Assembly (NCBI GenBank): GCA_003225365.1 | Contig: QHZN01000079.1 | Span: 2,459 to 66,458 of the forward strand | Direction of reading: 5' to 3' | From: Acidobacteriota bacterium | Lineage (GTDB): Bacteria > Acidobacteriota > Terriglobia > UBA7540 | Length of the DNA: 64,000 nucleotides | Shown: piece by piece, positions 27,747-35,909 of the stretch | Numbering within the stretch: the first letter of the stretch is position 1 | Layout of the letters: each line of letters begins with the position of its first letter | Program-made: the position numbers and the translations under genes | The notes under the pieces: model-generated | Seen by the model: only the letters and a program-made list of their open reading frames with translations | Databases searched by the model: none | Told to the model about the DNA's origin: nothing

Positions 27747-29588
27747 TCACCGTCTTTGAAATTCCGGTGAAGCCATGACCATGCCCGCCATCAACGCTAT
27801 CTCGCGCGGTGTCTCGTGCCGGATTGAGCTCGCACCGCTCCCCTCGCCGACTTTGGCGAGGATTGCCTTCCGGGTTGGGCCCGAAAGCTCGCCGCCGACA
27901 AGCCGGCGCGCGAGGTTATCAAGGACGGATTCCTCGGGCGCGTTCGCATCGGCACCCATCGCCCGGTTCCAGTCAATTGCAGTGCCCTGAATTCGATTGG
28001 CGGCAAGCCCTGCGGCAAAGTTGATGCGCGTGAGGAGCGAGCCAGGATTGATCCAGGTGCTTGCGCGGTCGGGGAATCCAGTGGGCGCCTGGAACTGGAA
28101 CATTGGCTGGCCCATGCGGGCGATCATCTGAAGCGTCGGAACGCCCGCGTCGGTCTGGCCGTCGAGCGCCCGCAGCGAGCTCGCCACCAGTTCAAGGGGT
28201 GACTTCACTTTCGAGCGGAAAGCCGCCTGGGAATAAAACTCGGGAGACGTGAGAATCACCTTGAGCACGGCGCGGATATCACCGCCAGACTTGAGAAAGG
28301 TTTGGCTGGCGCGCTCCACAAGTTCCGGCGGAGGGTCGTCGGCGACGAAGCGGCGGCAGAGCTTCAACGAGATAAAGTGCGCGGTCGCGGGATGATGCGC
28401 TAAGATGTGAAGCACCTTCGTGCCGTCCTCAATGCCGTGGCCGGACTTGAGCTTGTGATCCAGAACCACCTTTGACCCGAAATCGTGCATCTGGGGCCTG
28501 AAGACATAGCCCCCACCCTGCCGCGGGCGGTCAATCGTCCAGCCGGTCAGGCAGCGTGCCAATTCGATCACATCCTTCTGTGTGTAGCCGCCCTCGACGC
28601 CCAGCGTGTGCAGTTCCATCAATTCGCGCGCGTAGTTCTCATTCAACCCGCGGCTGGTTTTCTTCGCATGTCCGGCGCGCGGGGCTGAGAGCGGTGGGCG
28701 GCTGGTCCGCGGCGCGAACATTCTCGGGCGCGGGTAGCCGAATAGTCCGTAGTAATGCCGACGCGCGCGACGGCGGCCAGCCGACGGGTTCCGATAGGGA
28801 TGTTGCTGGGGATAGTCTTTCGGCGAGGCGCTCATCCAGTTGTCCAGGTAAAAAAGCATCGCCGGACTCTTGGCCGTTGCCGCGAGCAGGTCCTCGAACT
28901 TCCCGAGCGCGCGGGGCCGAATAGTGTCGCGCTCGAAGGATGTCGTCAGCCAAGCGTCCGCGCCCTTGGGGGCGAAAATATTGAAGTGGTTCATCCAGAA
29001 CTGGACCATGATTTCCTGAAGTTGCCGCCTGCTGTAAACCGCCCGCAAGACCTCTTCCTGGGCCAGCTCCATGATGACGCGCCGCGGCCCTTCGACTTCC
29101 ATCGCGCCAGGCTTTGGGGCCTGCATGGACATTGTAGGCGTCGCACGGTTGCCCTTTGCGGAGGGTTGCTCGCGCTTGGCCTGGGTCCCTTGCTTCGGCG
29201 GCGGGTAGTTCTCAACCAGTTCCTCGGGGGACATCTGGAGCGTCGGGAGCGCAGCCACTTTCGCCTCCACGGCCGCGTCGTCAAGCCGTTCAGGATGCAA
29301 CTGCTCGTCGAGAAAGGCGGCAAGCCCCATCCCGCGGAGACGCTCCAGGTCGCCGGGCCGCGCCCCGAAGGTGATTCGATCCAAGAGCTGCAACGCCTTT
29401 TGGTCGTCGTTCAGTGGCTCACTCCAGCCCGCTTCTTCGCGCAATGGGGCGGACGCCTTCTTCACGGCGAGAAGCGAACCGCTGAACGGCTGAATGATGA
29501 GAGAGGCCGCCAAAAAGCCAATAACCCATGCGGCGAAAAGCTCCCGCACCTCCCGAACCGCCTTCCTCGCTGGGTTTAAGCTGAACAT
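27747..29588 (-). CDS. DUF1800-family protein
   Basis: About 613 aa, located directly upstream of the DUF1501 gene, which is the usual pairing. Conserved-looking blocks include LLDRITFGARPGD, NYARELMELHTLGV and YTQKDV. ATG 29588 is preferred over GTG 29606. Confidence 0.8.
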   Translation of the reverse strand: MFSLNPARKAVREVRELFAAWVIGFLAASLIIQPFSGSLLAVKKASAPLREEAGWSEPLNDDQKALQLLDRITFGARPGDLERLRGMGLAAFLDEQLHPERLDDAAVEAKVAALPTLQMSPEELVENYPPPKQGTQAKREQPSAKGNRATPTMSMQAPKPGAMEVEGPRRVIMELAQEEVLRAVYSRRQLQEIMVQFWMNHFNIFAPKGADAWLTTSFERDTIRPRALGKFEDLLAATAKSPAMLFYLDNWMSASPKDYPQQHPYRNPSAGRRRARRHYYGLFGYPRPRMFAPRTSRPPLSAPRAGHAKKTSRGLNENYARELMELHTLGVEGGYTQKDVIELARCLTGWTIDRPRQGGGYVFRPQMHDFGSKVVLDHKLKSGHGIEDGTKVLHILAHHPATAHFISLKLCRRFVADDPPPELVERASQTFLKSGGDIRAVLKVILTSPEFYSQAAFRSKVKSPLELVASSLRALDGQTDAGVPTLQMIARMGQPMFQFQAPTGFPDRASTWINPGSLLTRINFAAGLAANRIQGTAIDWNRAMGADANAPEESVLDNLARRLVGGELSGPTRKAILAKVGEGSGASSIRHETPREIALMAGMVMASPEFQRR

Positions 29589-29763
29589 GCGTCCGCCCCG
29601 TGTCACTTTAGCGCGCCTTACCCATTCTAAACCCCCACGGCCCGCGAAAGCTCCGCCGCCGTTCGCGGCGCCGGCTCACAAGATTACAGTCCCAGCCATT
29701 ATATCCATCTTCGCCCACGACATCGTCGCCTCAAGTATTTACATACTATTGAAGAGTACGATT

Positions 29764-30516
29764 TCAAGCAGGCTTTCGGAGTTCCGCTTGCCATCGGTGG
29801 CTCACGACGGACGTGAATACAACGAGAGGATAAAGCTCGCGGAAGATCTTCGACACCTCGCCGGCGAAAGCCGGAGAGGCGAGGAATGGGGTTTCTGGCT
29901 CGAAAACCTTGCGAACGATCCAGGCCTGGAGCGACTGCCAGTCCTCGACGTGCTTGGGAAGTCCTGCGTGGAGTGTCCACTCGCTCTTTTCCGTGCGATG
30001 CCAGTAGGTCTCGTAGCGGCGTCGTGGCAGGATTTTTCCGACGAGCTTGTTAAGAAGCGCGCCACGGGTTTCAAGGCGCTTGCGAAAAACGGTTTTGAGC
30101 CGAGAAGTGTCGGACCGGCCGCCGTCGCCGTAAATCGAGAAGCCCACGGTCACGCATTCGGCGCAGAGGCCGACGTAAAGGCGCCCGGCATCGCCCCGCT
30201 CGCCGCGGCGGTCGAAGACGTAAAGGTAATAATTCGGCTTGTAAGGACTCTTGTCTTTGCTGAAACGGATGTCGCGGTTAATGCGCGAGAAGTTTCGGTT
30301 GGTCTTCCCGGCGGTCTCGAAGTTCGGATTGAGCTCGAGAAGAAACGGCTCAAGCTCGGCGAGCAGGGCTCGAAATGCGCCGGCCACGTGCGCGTCATAG
30401 CGGGGGCGGTTCAGGTCGAACCATGGTTTGTTATTATTCTCGGCGAGCTCCCGGAAAAATCCGAAGGATTCCACCGTAAATCCCCGAAACCCGCCTTCTA
30501 TGCGCATCTCGGCCAT
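29764..30516 (-). CDS. DUF2461 (TIGR02453) family protein
   Basis: FTVESFGFFRELAENNNKPWFDLNRPRYDAHV...SRINRDIRFSKDKSPYK is the characteristic N-terminal pattern of this family. Confidence 0.8.
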   Translation of the reverse strand: MAEMRIEGGFRGFTVESFGFFRELAENNNKPWFDLNRPRYDAHVAGAFRALLAELEPFLLELNPNFETAGKTNRNFSRINRDIRFSKDKSPYKPNYYLYVFDRRGERGDAGRLYVGLCAECVTVGFSIYGDGGRSDTSRLKTVFRKRLETRGALLNKLVGKILPRRRYETYWHRTEKSEWTLHAGLPKHVEDWQSLQAWIVRKVFEPETPFLASPAFAGEVSKIFRELYPLVVFTSVVSHRWQAELRKPA

Positions 30517-30748
30517 CGGCTCCGAACCTCTCGATAATAATACAGAGCCGAACCTGATTTCGTGTTATTTCGCGCCCTGATCGAAAAAAGGTTGCGCCAG
30601 CATCGCCACACGATTGAAAGGTGGTGGACGGTCTCGAAAGTTGGGGCGGCACTAGACATCCGCGGCCCAGTGAGTCATATTGTTGGCCGCGGGGCCTGCC
30701 GGCTCAATCGAGGTGGTCGGAGTCGGCGATTATTTCCTTGGGGGAGCC

Positions 30749-31815
30749 ATGCCCGGACTGAAAGAAAAACTCGCGGCCGAGATTCCAGCGCTTCGCGCGG
30801 AAGTCCATCAATTGTTGAAGGACCACGGGAGCGCAGTGATCTCGGAGGTGACGGTCGCGCAAGCGTTTGGCGGCATGCGTGGAGTGAAGGGTCTGGTATG
30901 CGACACCTCGGTGGTGGACCCCGAGAAAGGCGTCATCATCCGCGGTATGCCGGTCGCCGAACTCGTCGGCCGGCTGCCCGAAGAGGTCTTCCATCTGATG
31001 GTGACGGGCGAGCTTCCCGACGGCGAGTTGCTGGCTTCCCTTCAGAATGACCTCAGCCGCCGCGCCCACGTGCCAGAATACATCTGGGATGTTTTGCGGG
31101 CCATGCCCCGCGACTCCCATCCCATGGCGATGTTTGCGGCGGCGATACTTGTGATGGAGCGGGAGTCAGAATTCCGGCGCCGCTACGCGGAGGGCATTCC
31201 CAAAGACGAATTTTGGGTCCCGACCCTCGAGGACTCACTGCAATTGCTCGCTAAACCCCCGGCCATCGCGGCGGGGATTTACCGCCTCCGCTTTCGCAAA
31301 GGCGAGCCGATCCTTTCCGAATCCACGCTCGATTGGGGCGCCGACTATGCCCGCATGCTGGGGTTGCCGGACCCCGCGGGCGCGACGATCAGCTTCGGCA
31401 ATTCGTATTGGAAACGCTCAGGGATGGGCGCCTTGTCCCCGGCTATGGACACGCCGTCCTGCGGGTCACTGACCCGCGGTTTACACCCATCCACGAGTTT
31501 GGTGCCCGAGTCGCTGCGCAAGACGAGGTGTTCCGAATCGTCGATCGCCTTGCGGCAATCGTTCCATCCGTCCTCAAGGAGCAAAGCAAGGTCAAAGACC
31601 CGTGGCCGAATGTGGACGCCGTTTCAGGAGCGTTGCTCTACCATTTTGGCCTCACGGAGTTCGATTATTACACCGTACTATTCGGCGTTTCCCGCGCACT
31701 CGGTATGTCGGCACAGCTTATTATTAATCGCGCCCTCGGGACTCCAATCACCCGCCCAAAGTCCGTCAGCACCAATTGGATAAAAGCGAAGGTGAGCTCG
31801 CTCACCCCGGCCTGA
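30749..31815 (+). pseudogene. gltA: Citrate synthase (eukaryotic-like/type I) with an internal deletion of about 75-80 codons and a frameshift
   Basis: Frame 1 matches up to ...DWGADYARMLGLPDP. Homology then resumes in frame 2 at DDQLRQFVLETLRDGRLVPGYGHAVLRVTDPRF...DPWPNVDAVSG...YYTVLFGVSRALG...RPKSVST. The block that normally lies between them (..LH.DHEGGN..GPLHGLAN.., with one catalytic His) is absent. Confidence 0.8.
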
Positions 31816-32010
31816 GCCCGAAATCTCCCCTATAGCACTTAAAGGCTACAACTAACGGGCCATTGCTCTCCCTCATATGTCTTGCTAATTTGCATATTTG
31901 GGGGTCATATGCTTTGCGGCTCTGGAAACACTGAATTCATCTACATACTACGACCTAGGGTATTTCACTTAAATGAGCATATTCTTGCACGATTGCAGAT
32001 GAATTATTTT

Positions 32011-32061
32011 GCCGATTTGGTCTAGTGGATAGATCCAGAGTCGGTTCGATCCTTGCTGGCA
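32011..32061 (+). other. tRNA-like fragment (acceptor, D-arm and T-arm-like parts; no anticodon arm)
   Basis: GCCGATTTGGTCTAGTGGATAGATCCAGAGTCGGTTCGATCCTTGCTGGCA contains a D-arm (GGTC-TAGTGGATA-GATC) and a T-loop (GG-TTCGATC-C). It is too short and too mismatched to be a functional tRNA. Confidence 0.3.
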
Positions 32062-32358
32062 TTGCCCTTCTGACACCCAACACATTGAAAGCCCGAGAGA
32101 TGGAGCAATAGGGATGGTTCTCACCGATCCGAACCTAGATTGGGTTCGAGGGTTTGCTTGGAAGTTAACTTGCTCCTCAATAGGCGAGGCGAAAGCTAGT
32201 CATGATTCTTCGAAAGGGCATGCTCCCGTCATTTCCGAATTACAGGAATCCAGAAAAAGAGGTTCCCAGTTCGAGGGTTTGTTTTTGGCAAATAAATTGA
32301 CTTTCAAAGCGTCTGTCCAGACACCTAAAAAAAATCAGTCATCAGGAGGAGTGTAGCC

Positions 32359-33615
32359 ATGAAGAAGTGGGCTCTTTTACCGCTAGTAACAGGATTGGTA
32401 GTTCTCGGCGCCTCGCTGAGTTTTGCGCAGAGTCAAACCTCGCGGCGCGGCGTCGTCGTTGTTCCCTACTCGACCCAGGAGATGCCCTGGGACGTGGGGT
32501 TCCGGGCACATACGAACCACTTGATCATGGTGCGACCTGATTTCATAGGTACCTCCCCATGGGGTGAGACACCGGGCTCGCTCTCCTGCGTCTACCAGAC
32601 TGTTTCCGGGAACCCGGGCTGCGCTGTCAGCTCCAGCAAGACCGTGGCGACGGGCGGCTCAGGCATCATCGCTATAGTGGACGCGTACGATTACGTGACT
32701 GCGGCGAGCGACTTCGGCGTGTTTTCGGGCCAGTTCGGCTTACCGACGGGAAACACCTGCAACGGGGGCAAGCCGTGCTTCAGCGTGGTTTACGCATCAG
32801 GAAGAAAACCCAGGGCGAACTGCGGTTGGGCGCAGGAAGCGGCGCTCGACATCGAGTGGTCGCACGCCATGGCTCCGAATGCTCAGATTGTGCTCGTCGA
32901 GGCCGCTTCGAACAGCTTCGCAAATCTGTACGCAGCCGTGGATAAAGCCAGTTGCATCGTCAGCACGGGCAACATTAGCAGCAGTTGCGGCGGTTCCGGC
33001 ACCAATTCGGGCGAAGTCTCGATGAGCTGGGGCGGCAGCGAGTCCTCGGGTGAGTTGTCGGCCGATTCCCACTTCACCACCCCGGGGGTTGTTTATTTCG
33101 CCTCCAGCGGCGACACGGGCGGGAAAGTCATTTACCCATCGGCTTCGCCGAACGTCGTGTCCGCAGGCGGAACCTCTGTCAATCGCGACGGTTCTGGAAA
33201 CTTTACTGGCGAGTCAGCATGGAGCAGCGGCGGCGGCGGGCCCAGCCAGTATGAGTCGCGCCCCGGCTACCAAGATGCGGTCATTAGCATGGTCGGCAGC
33301 AAGCGTGGCACACCGGACTTCTCCTTCGATTCCGATCCCACCACCGGCGTTTCAGTGTATGACACCACGTCCTGCCAGGGCTTGAGCGGCTGGCTGGTCT
33401 TCGGCGGAACCAGCGTCGCCTCGCCAGCGCTTTCCGGCATTGTCAATCTCGCGGGGCACTCCTATTCCGGCACGACCGAGCAGAGTACGATTTACAGCAA
33501 CCTCGGCACGAAGAATTTCCTCGACATCACATCGGGGTCGAACGGATACTCCGCCCTCACCGGCTGGGATTTCGCCACCGGCGTGGGCAGCAATGTGGGC
33601 TTGATCGCTAAGTAG
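32359..33615 (+). CDS. Secreted sedolisin-like (S53) serine-carboxyl peptidase, no classical prodomain (paralog 1)
   Basis: Signal peptide MKKWALLPLVTGLVVLGASLSFA. S53 motifs are IAIVDAYD, QEAALDIEW (E..D pair), VSMSWGGSE, ASSGDTGG and GGTSVASP (catalytic Ser). A strong RBS (AGGAGGAG) lies upstream. Confidence 0.85.
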   Translation: MKKWALLPLVTGLVVLGASLSFAQSQTSRRGVVVVPYSTQEMPWDVGFRAHTNHLIMVRPDFIGTSPWGETPGSLSCVYQTVSGNPGCAVSSSKTVATGGSGIIAIVDAYDYVTAASDFGVFSGQFGLPTGNTCNGGKPCFSVVYASGRKPRANCGWAQEAALDIEWSHAMAPNAQIVLVEAASNSFANLYAAVDKASCIVSTGNISSSCGGSGTNSGEVSMSWGGSESSGELSADSHFTTPGVVYFASSGDTGGKVIYPSASPNVVSAGGTSVNRDGSGNFTGESAWSSGGGGPSQYESRPGYQDAVISMVGSKRGTPDFSFDSDPTTGVSVYDTTSCQGLSGWLVFGGTSVASPALSGIVNLAGHSYSGTTEQSTIYSNLGTKNFLDITSGSNGYSALTGWDFATGVGSNVGLIAK

Positions 33616-33642
33616 CTATCAGTCCGAACCGAGCCTCTTAGT

Positions 33643-33672
33643 GGGCCTTTCTGCGGAAAGGCCCTTTTCGTT
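33643..33672 (+). terminator. Rho-independent terminator after S53 paralog 1
   Basis: GGGCCTTTCTGCGGAAAGGCCC hairpin followed by TTTTCGTTT. Confidence 0.75.
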
Positions 33673-33801
33673 TAGGCGATTCCAGGTCCGCTCGGAAGGT
33701 CAGCTCACGTCTTAATTAATCGCGACCTCGTGAAGCGCACTGCTAAGTCCTTCAGCACCAATTGTATAAAGATGGGGACGCGCTCTCTCACGCCGGCTTG
33801 A
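33672..33801 (+). pseudogene. Relic of a citrate synthase 3' end (duplicated fragment)
   Basis: 33701..33801 aligns by eye with 31714..31815. For example, CAGCTCACGTCTTAATTAATCGCGACCTCG pairs with CAGCTTATTATTAATCGCGCCCTCGG, and TTCAGCACCAATTGTATAAAG pairs with GTCAGCACCAATTGGATAAAAG. The translated tail ..FSTNCIK..SLTPA* matches ..VSTNWIK..SLTPA*. Confidence 0.7.
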
Positions 33802-34004
33802 ACGGAAAACTGTCGAATGGCACCAAAGGGCTATTGCCCCCTTTTCCCACCGTGTGCTAACTTGCAGGCTCTGACGATCTCTTCAAGTCATCTGGTTACC
33901 AAAGGTAGTCGCCTTTTCAGGGAATTGCTTTTGCCAAATCCGCGGAAGCTTCTAACGTTCGGCTCAATACCTAAGAAAAACAAGTCACCAGGAGGGGTAT
34001 AACA

Positions 34005-35246
34005 ATGAAGGAGCGGACTCTTTTCCCGTTGTTAGCGGTATTTGTACTTCTCAGCGCTTCGCTGACTTTCGCTCAAACAGCAGGATCGCAGCACGGCGTC
34101 GTTGTCGTTCCCTACTCGACCCAGGAGATGCCGTGGGACGCAGGGTTCCGAGCCCACACGAACCATTTGATTATGGTTCGGCCGGATTTTACGGGGACAA
34201 GCCCATCGGGTGAGACACCCGGGTCGCTTTCTTGCGTTTACCAAACCGTCTCCGGACCCTCGGGATGCCCGATTAGTACCAGCACCACCGTGGCGACGGG
34301 CGGCTCAGGCATCATCGCCATCGTGGATGCCTTCGATTACCCGACCGCGGCCAGCGACTTTGTGACGTTTTCAGGCAAGTTTGGTTTGCCGACGGGAAAC
34401 AACTGCAACGGCGGCAAGCCGTGCTTCAGAGTGGTTTACGCATCAGGAACGCAACCCCGGGCGAACTGCGGTTGGGCGCAGGAAGCCGCGCTCGATATCG
34501 AATGGGCGCACGCCATGGCCCCGAATGCACAAATTGTTCTTGTCGAAGCAGCTTCGAACAGCTTTTCGAACCTTTTTGCGGCCGTGGATGTGGCCACCGG
34601 TATCGTGACCAGCGGCGGGGGTTCCGGTGAAGTCTCCATGAGCTGGGGCGGCAGCGAGTTCTCGGGCGAGTCGTCGAACGACTCCCATTTCGCCACCACG
34701 GGCGTTGTTTATTTCGCTTCGAGTGGCGATTCGGGCGGGAAGGTCATTTACCCATCCGCCGCGCCAAACGTCATCTCCGCCGGCGGAACCACGGTCAATC
34801 GCACTTCGGGAAACTTCACTGGCGAGTCGGCGTGGGGGAGTGGCGGGGGCGGGCCGAGTGCGGACGAAGCCGAGCCCAGTTACCAGTCTGTGGTAACCAC
34901 GGTCAACCTCAACGGAGCGCGGGGAACGCCGGACTTCTCATTCGATTCCGATCCCAACACCGGCGTTTCCGTGTATGACAGCACGCGTTGCCAGGGCTTC
35001 AGCGGCTGGCTGGTGTTTGGCGGTACCAGCGTCGCCTCGCCGTCGCTCTCCGGCATCGTCAATCTGGCCCACTACACTCATCCGACGACGACCGAGGAGC
35101 ACGCGCTCATCTATGGCACCTACAACAGCTCGAACTACTCGACGGATATCTTCGACATCAAGGCCGGGTCGAACGGGTTCGGCGCCCTCACGGGCTGGGA
35201 CTTCGCCACCGGTGTCGGCAGCAACAAAGGGTTGTCGGGTAAGTAA
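34005..35246 (+). CDS. Secreted sedolisin-like (S53) serine-carboxyl peptidase, no classical prodomain (paralog 2)
   Basis: By eye about 75-80% identical to paralog 1. It carries the same motifs (IAIVDAFD, QEAALDIEW, VSMSWGGSE, ASSGDSGG, GGTSVASP) and has a signal peptide and a conserved RBS region. Confidence 0.85.
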   Translation: MKERTLFPLLAVFVLLSASLTFAQTAGSQHGVVVVPYSTQEMPWDAGFRAHTNHLIMVRPDFTGTSPSGETPGSLSCVYQTVSGPSGCPISTSTTVATGGSGIIAIVDAFDYPTAASDFVTFSGKFGLPTGNNCNGGKPCFRVVYASGTQPRANCGWAQEAALDIEWAHAMAPNAQIVLVEAASNSFSNLFAAVDVATGIVTSGGGSGEVSMSWGGSEFSGESSNDSHFATTGVVYFASSGDSGGKVIYPSAAPNVISAGGTTVNRTSGNFTGESAWGSGGGGPSADEAEPSYQSVVTTVNLNGARGTPDFSFDSDPNTGVSVYDSTRCQGFSGWLVFGGTSVASPSLSGIVNLAHYTHPTTTEEHALIYGTYNSSNYSTDIFDIKAGSNGFGALTGWDFATGVGSNKGLSGK

Positions 35247-35273
35247 TACGGTTTCCTGACCTGCTTTTCCCAA

Positions 35274-35300
35274 GGGCCTTCCCACGTGGAAGGCCCTTTT
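35274..35300. terminator. Rho-independent terminator after S53 paralog 2 (convergent with the DinB-like gene)
   Basis: GGGCCTTCCCACGTGGAAGGCCC hairpin followed by TTTTCAT. Confidence 0.7.
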
Positions 35301-35304
35301 CATA

Positions 35305-35778
35305 TTACCGAGCCGTGGCCCGCTGGCGGACGTAAACAATGTAGTCGGTCGTGGCGGGCTTGCCGCCCGATTGCCGCACTGCCGCGGCTACCTGGCCGCG
35401 ATGATAAGCGGAATGGGCGATGAGGTGCACCAAGACGTCCCGGATGGGCGTGCGAAACTCCGCGCCTTTGGTGTTCTTATAAACAAGGTCGGAAGCCATT
35501 TTTTCGGGGGTCAAGCGAACGAGCAAGTCCCGCCAGCCCTGGCGCAGCTCCGAGAGCGCCCCTTCTGCTTCCACGAGCGATACCTCCGGCCAGGGATGGG
35601 CCTGCGCGGCTTCCGGGCTCCGGAAGCGGGAGAACCAGATCCTCTGCGCGCCCACGATGTGGGCGAAGAGCCGCCGCGCCTGGCCGTCCGAGCCGGCGAC
35701 CGACTGGATACTTTTTAGCGCCTCGCGGTTCGCCCAGTCGTCGTATGCAAAAAGGTCTTGAAGATAATTGATGTCCAT
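35305..35778 (-). CDS. DinB-family (four-helix bundle) protein
   Basis: LFAYDDWANREAL...HIVGAQRIWFSR...LIAHSAYHRGQV is the DinB/YfiT-like His-triad pattern. Confidence 0.8.
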   Translation of the reverse strand: MDINYLQDLFAYDDWANREALKSIQSVAGSDGQARRLFAHIVGAQRIWFSRFRSPEAAQAHPWPEVSLVEAEGALSELRQGWRDLLVRLTPEKMASDLVYKNTKGAEFRTPIRDVLVHLIAHSAYHRGQVAAAVRQSGGKPATTDYIVYVRQRATAR

Positions 35779-35822
35779 GGACTCCTCTGTTTTCGCTGGA
35801 CTTCGACTCTCGAAGAGCAGAT

Positions 35823-35882
35823 CTTTCGCGGAGTTTACCCAGAGCGGGAATGCAGGGATTCTTCGCTTCGCTCAGAATGACA
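35823..35882. repeat. Partial copy of the MITE-like element core
   Basis: CTTTCGCGGAGTTTACCCAGAGCGGGAATGCAGGGATTCTTCGCTTCGCTCAGAATGACA closely matches 53809..53868 of the 53715 element. Confidence 0.65.
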
Positions 35883-35909
35883 GCGCCACAAGAGTTGCCT
35901 GTCATCCCG

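Noticed and set aside
31370-31390. Programmed ribosomal frameshifting as an explanation for the split citrate synthase, and likewise for gdh-2 at about 47845.
   Set aside because: In both cases a block of conserved residues is physically missing, including catalytic motifs in citrate synthase. A frameshift alone cannot restore a full-length protein, and I saw no slippery heptamer with a downstream structure.
32294-32310. Sigma-54-like promoter TGGCAAATAAATTGAC upstream of S53 paralog 1.
   Set aside because: The -12 element is GA rather than GC. The corresponding site upstream of paralog 2 (TGCCAAATCCGCGGAAG) lacks the GG. No enhancer-binding protein gene lies nearby.
32114-32356. 80-aa ORF upstream of S53 paralog 1 and 61-aa ORF (33817..34002) upstream of paralog 2, with similar C-termini (..PKKNQSSGGV and ..PKKNKSPGGV).
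   Set aside because: The similarity is confined to the last ~12 codons, which coincide with the conserved RBS/5'-UTR nucleotides. The rest is unrelated and AT-rich with poor coding character.
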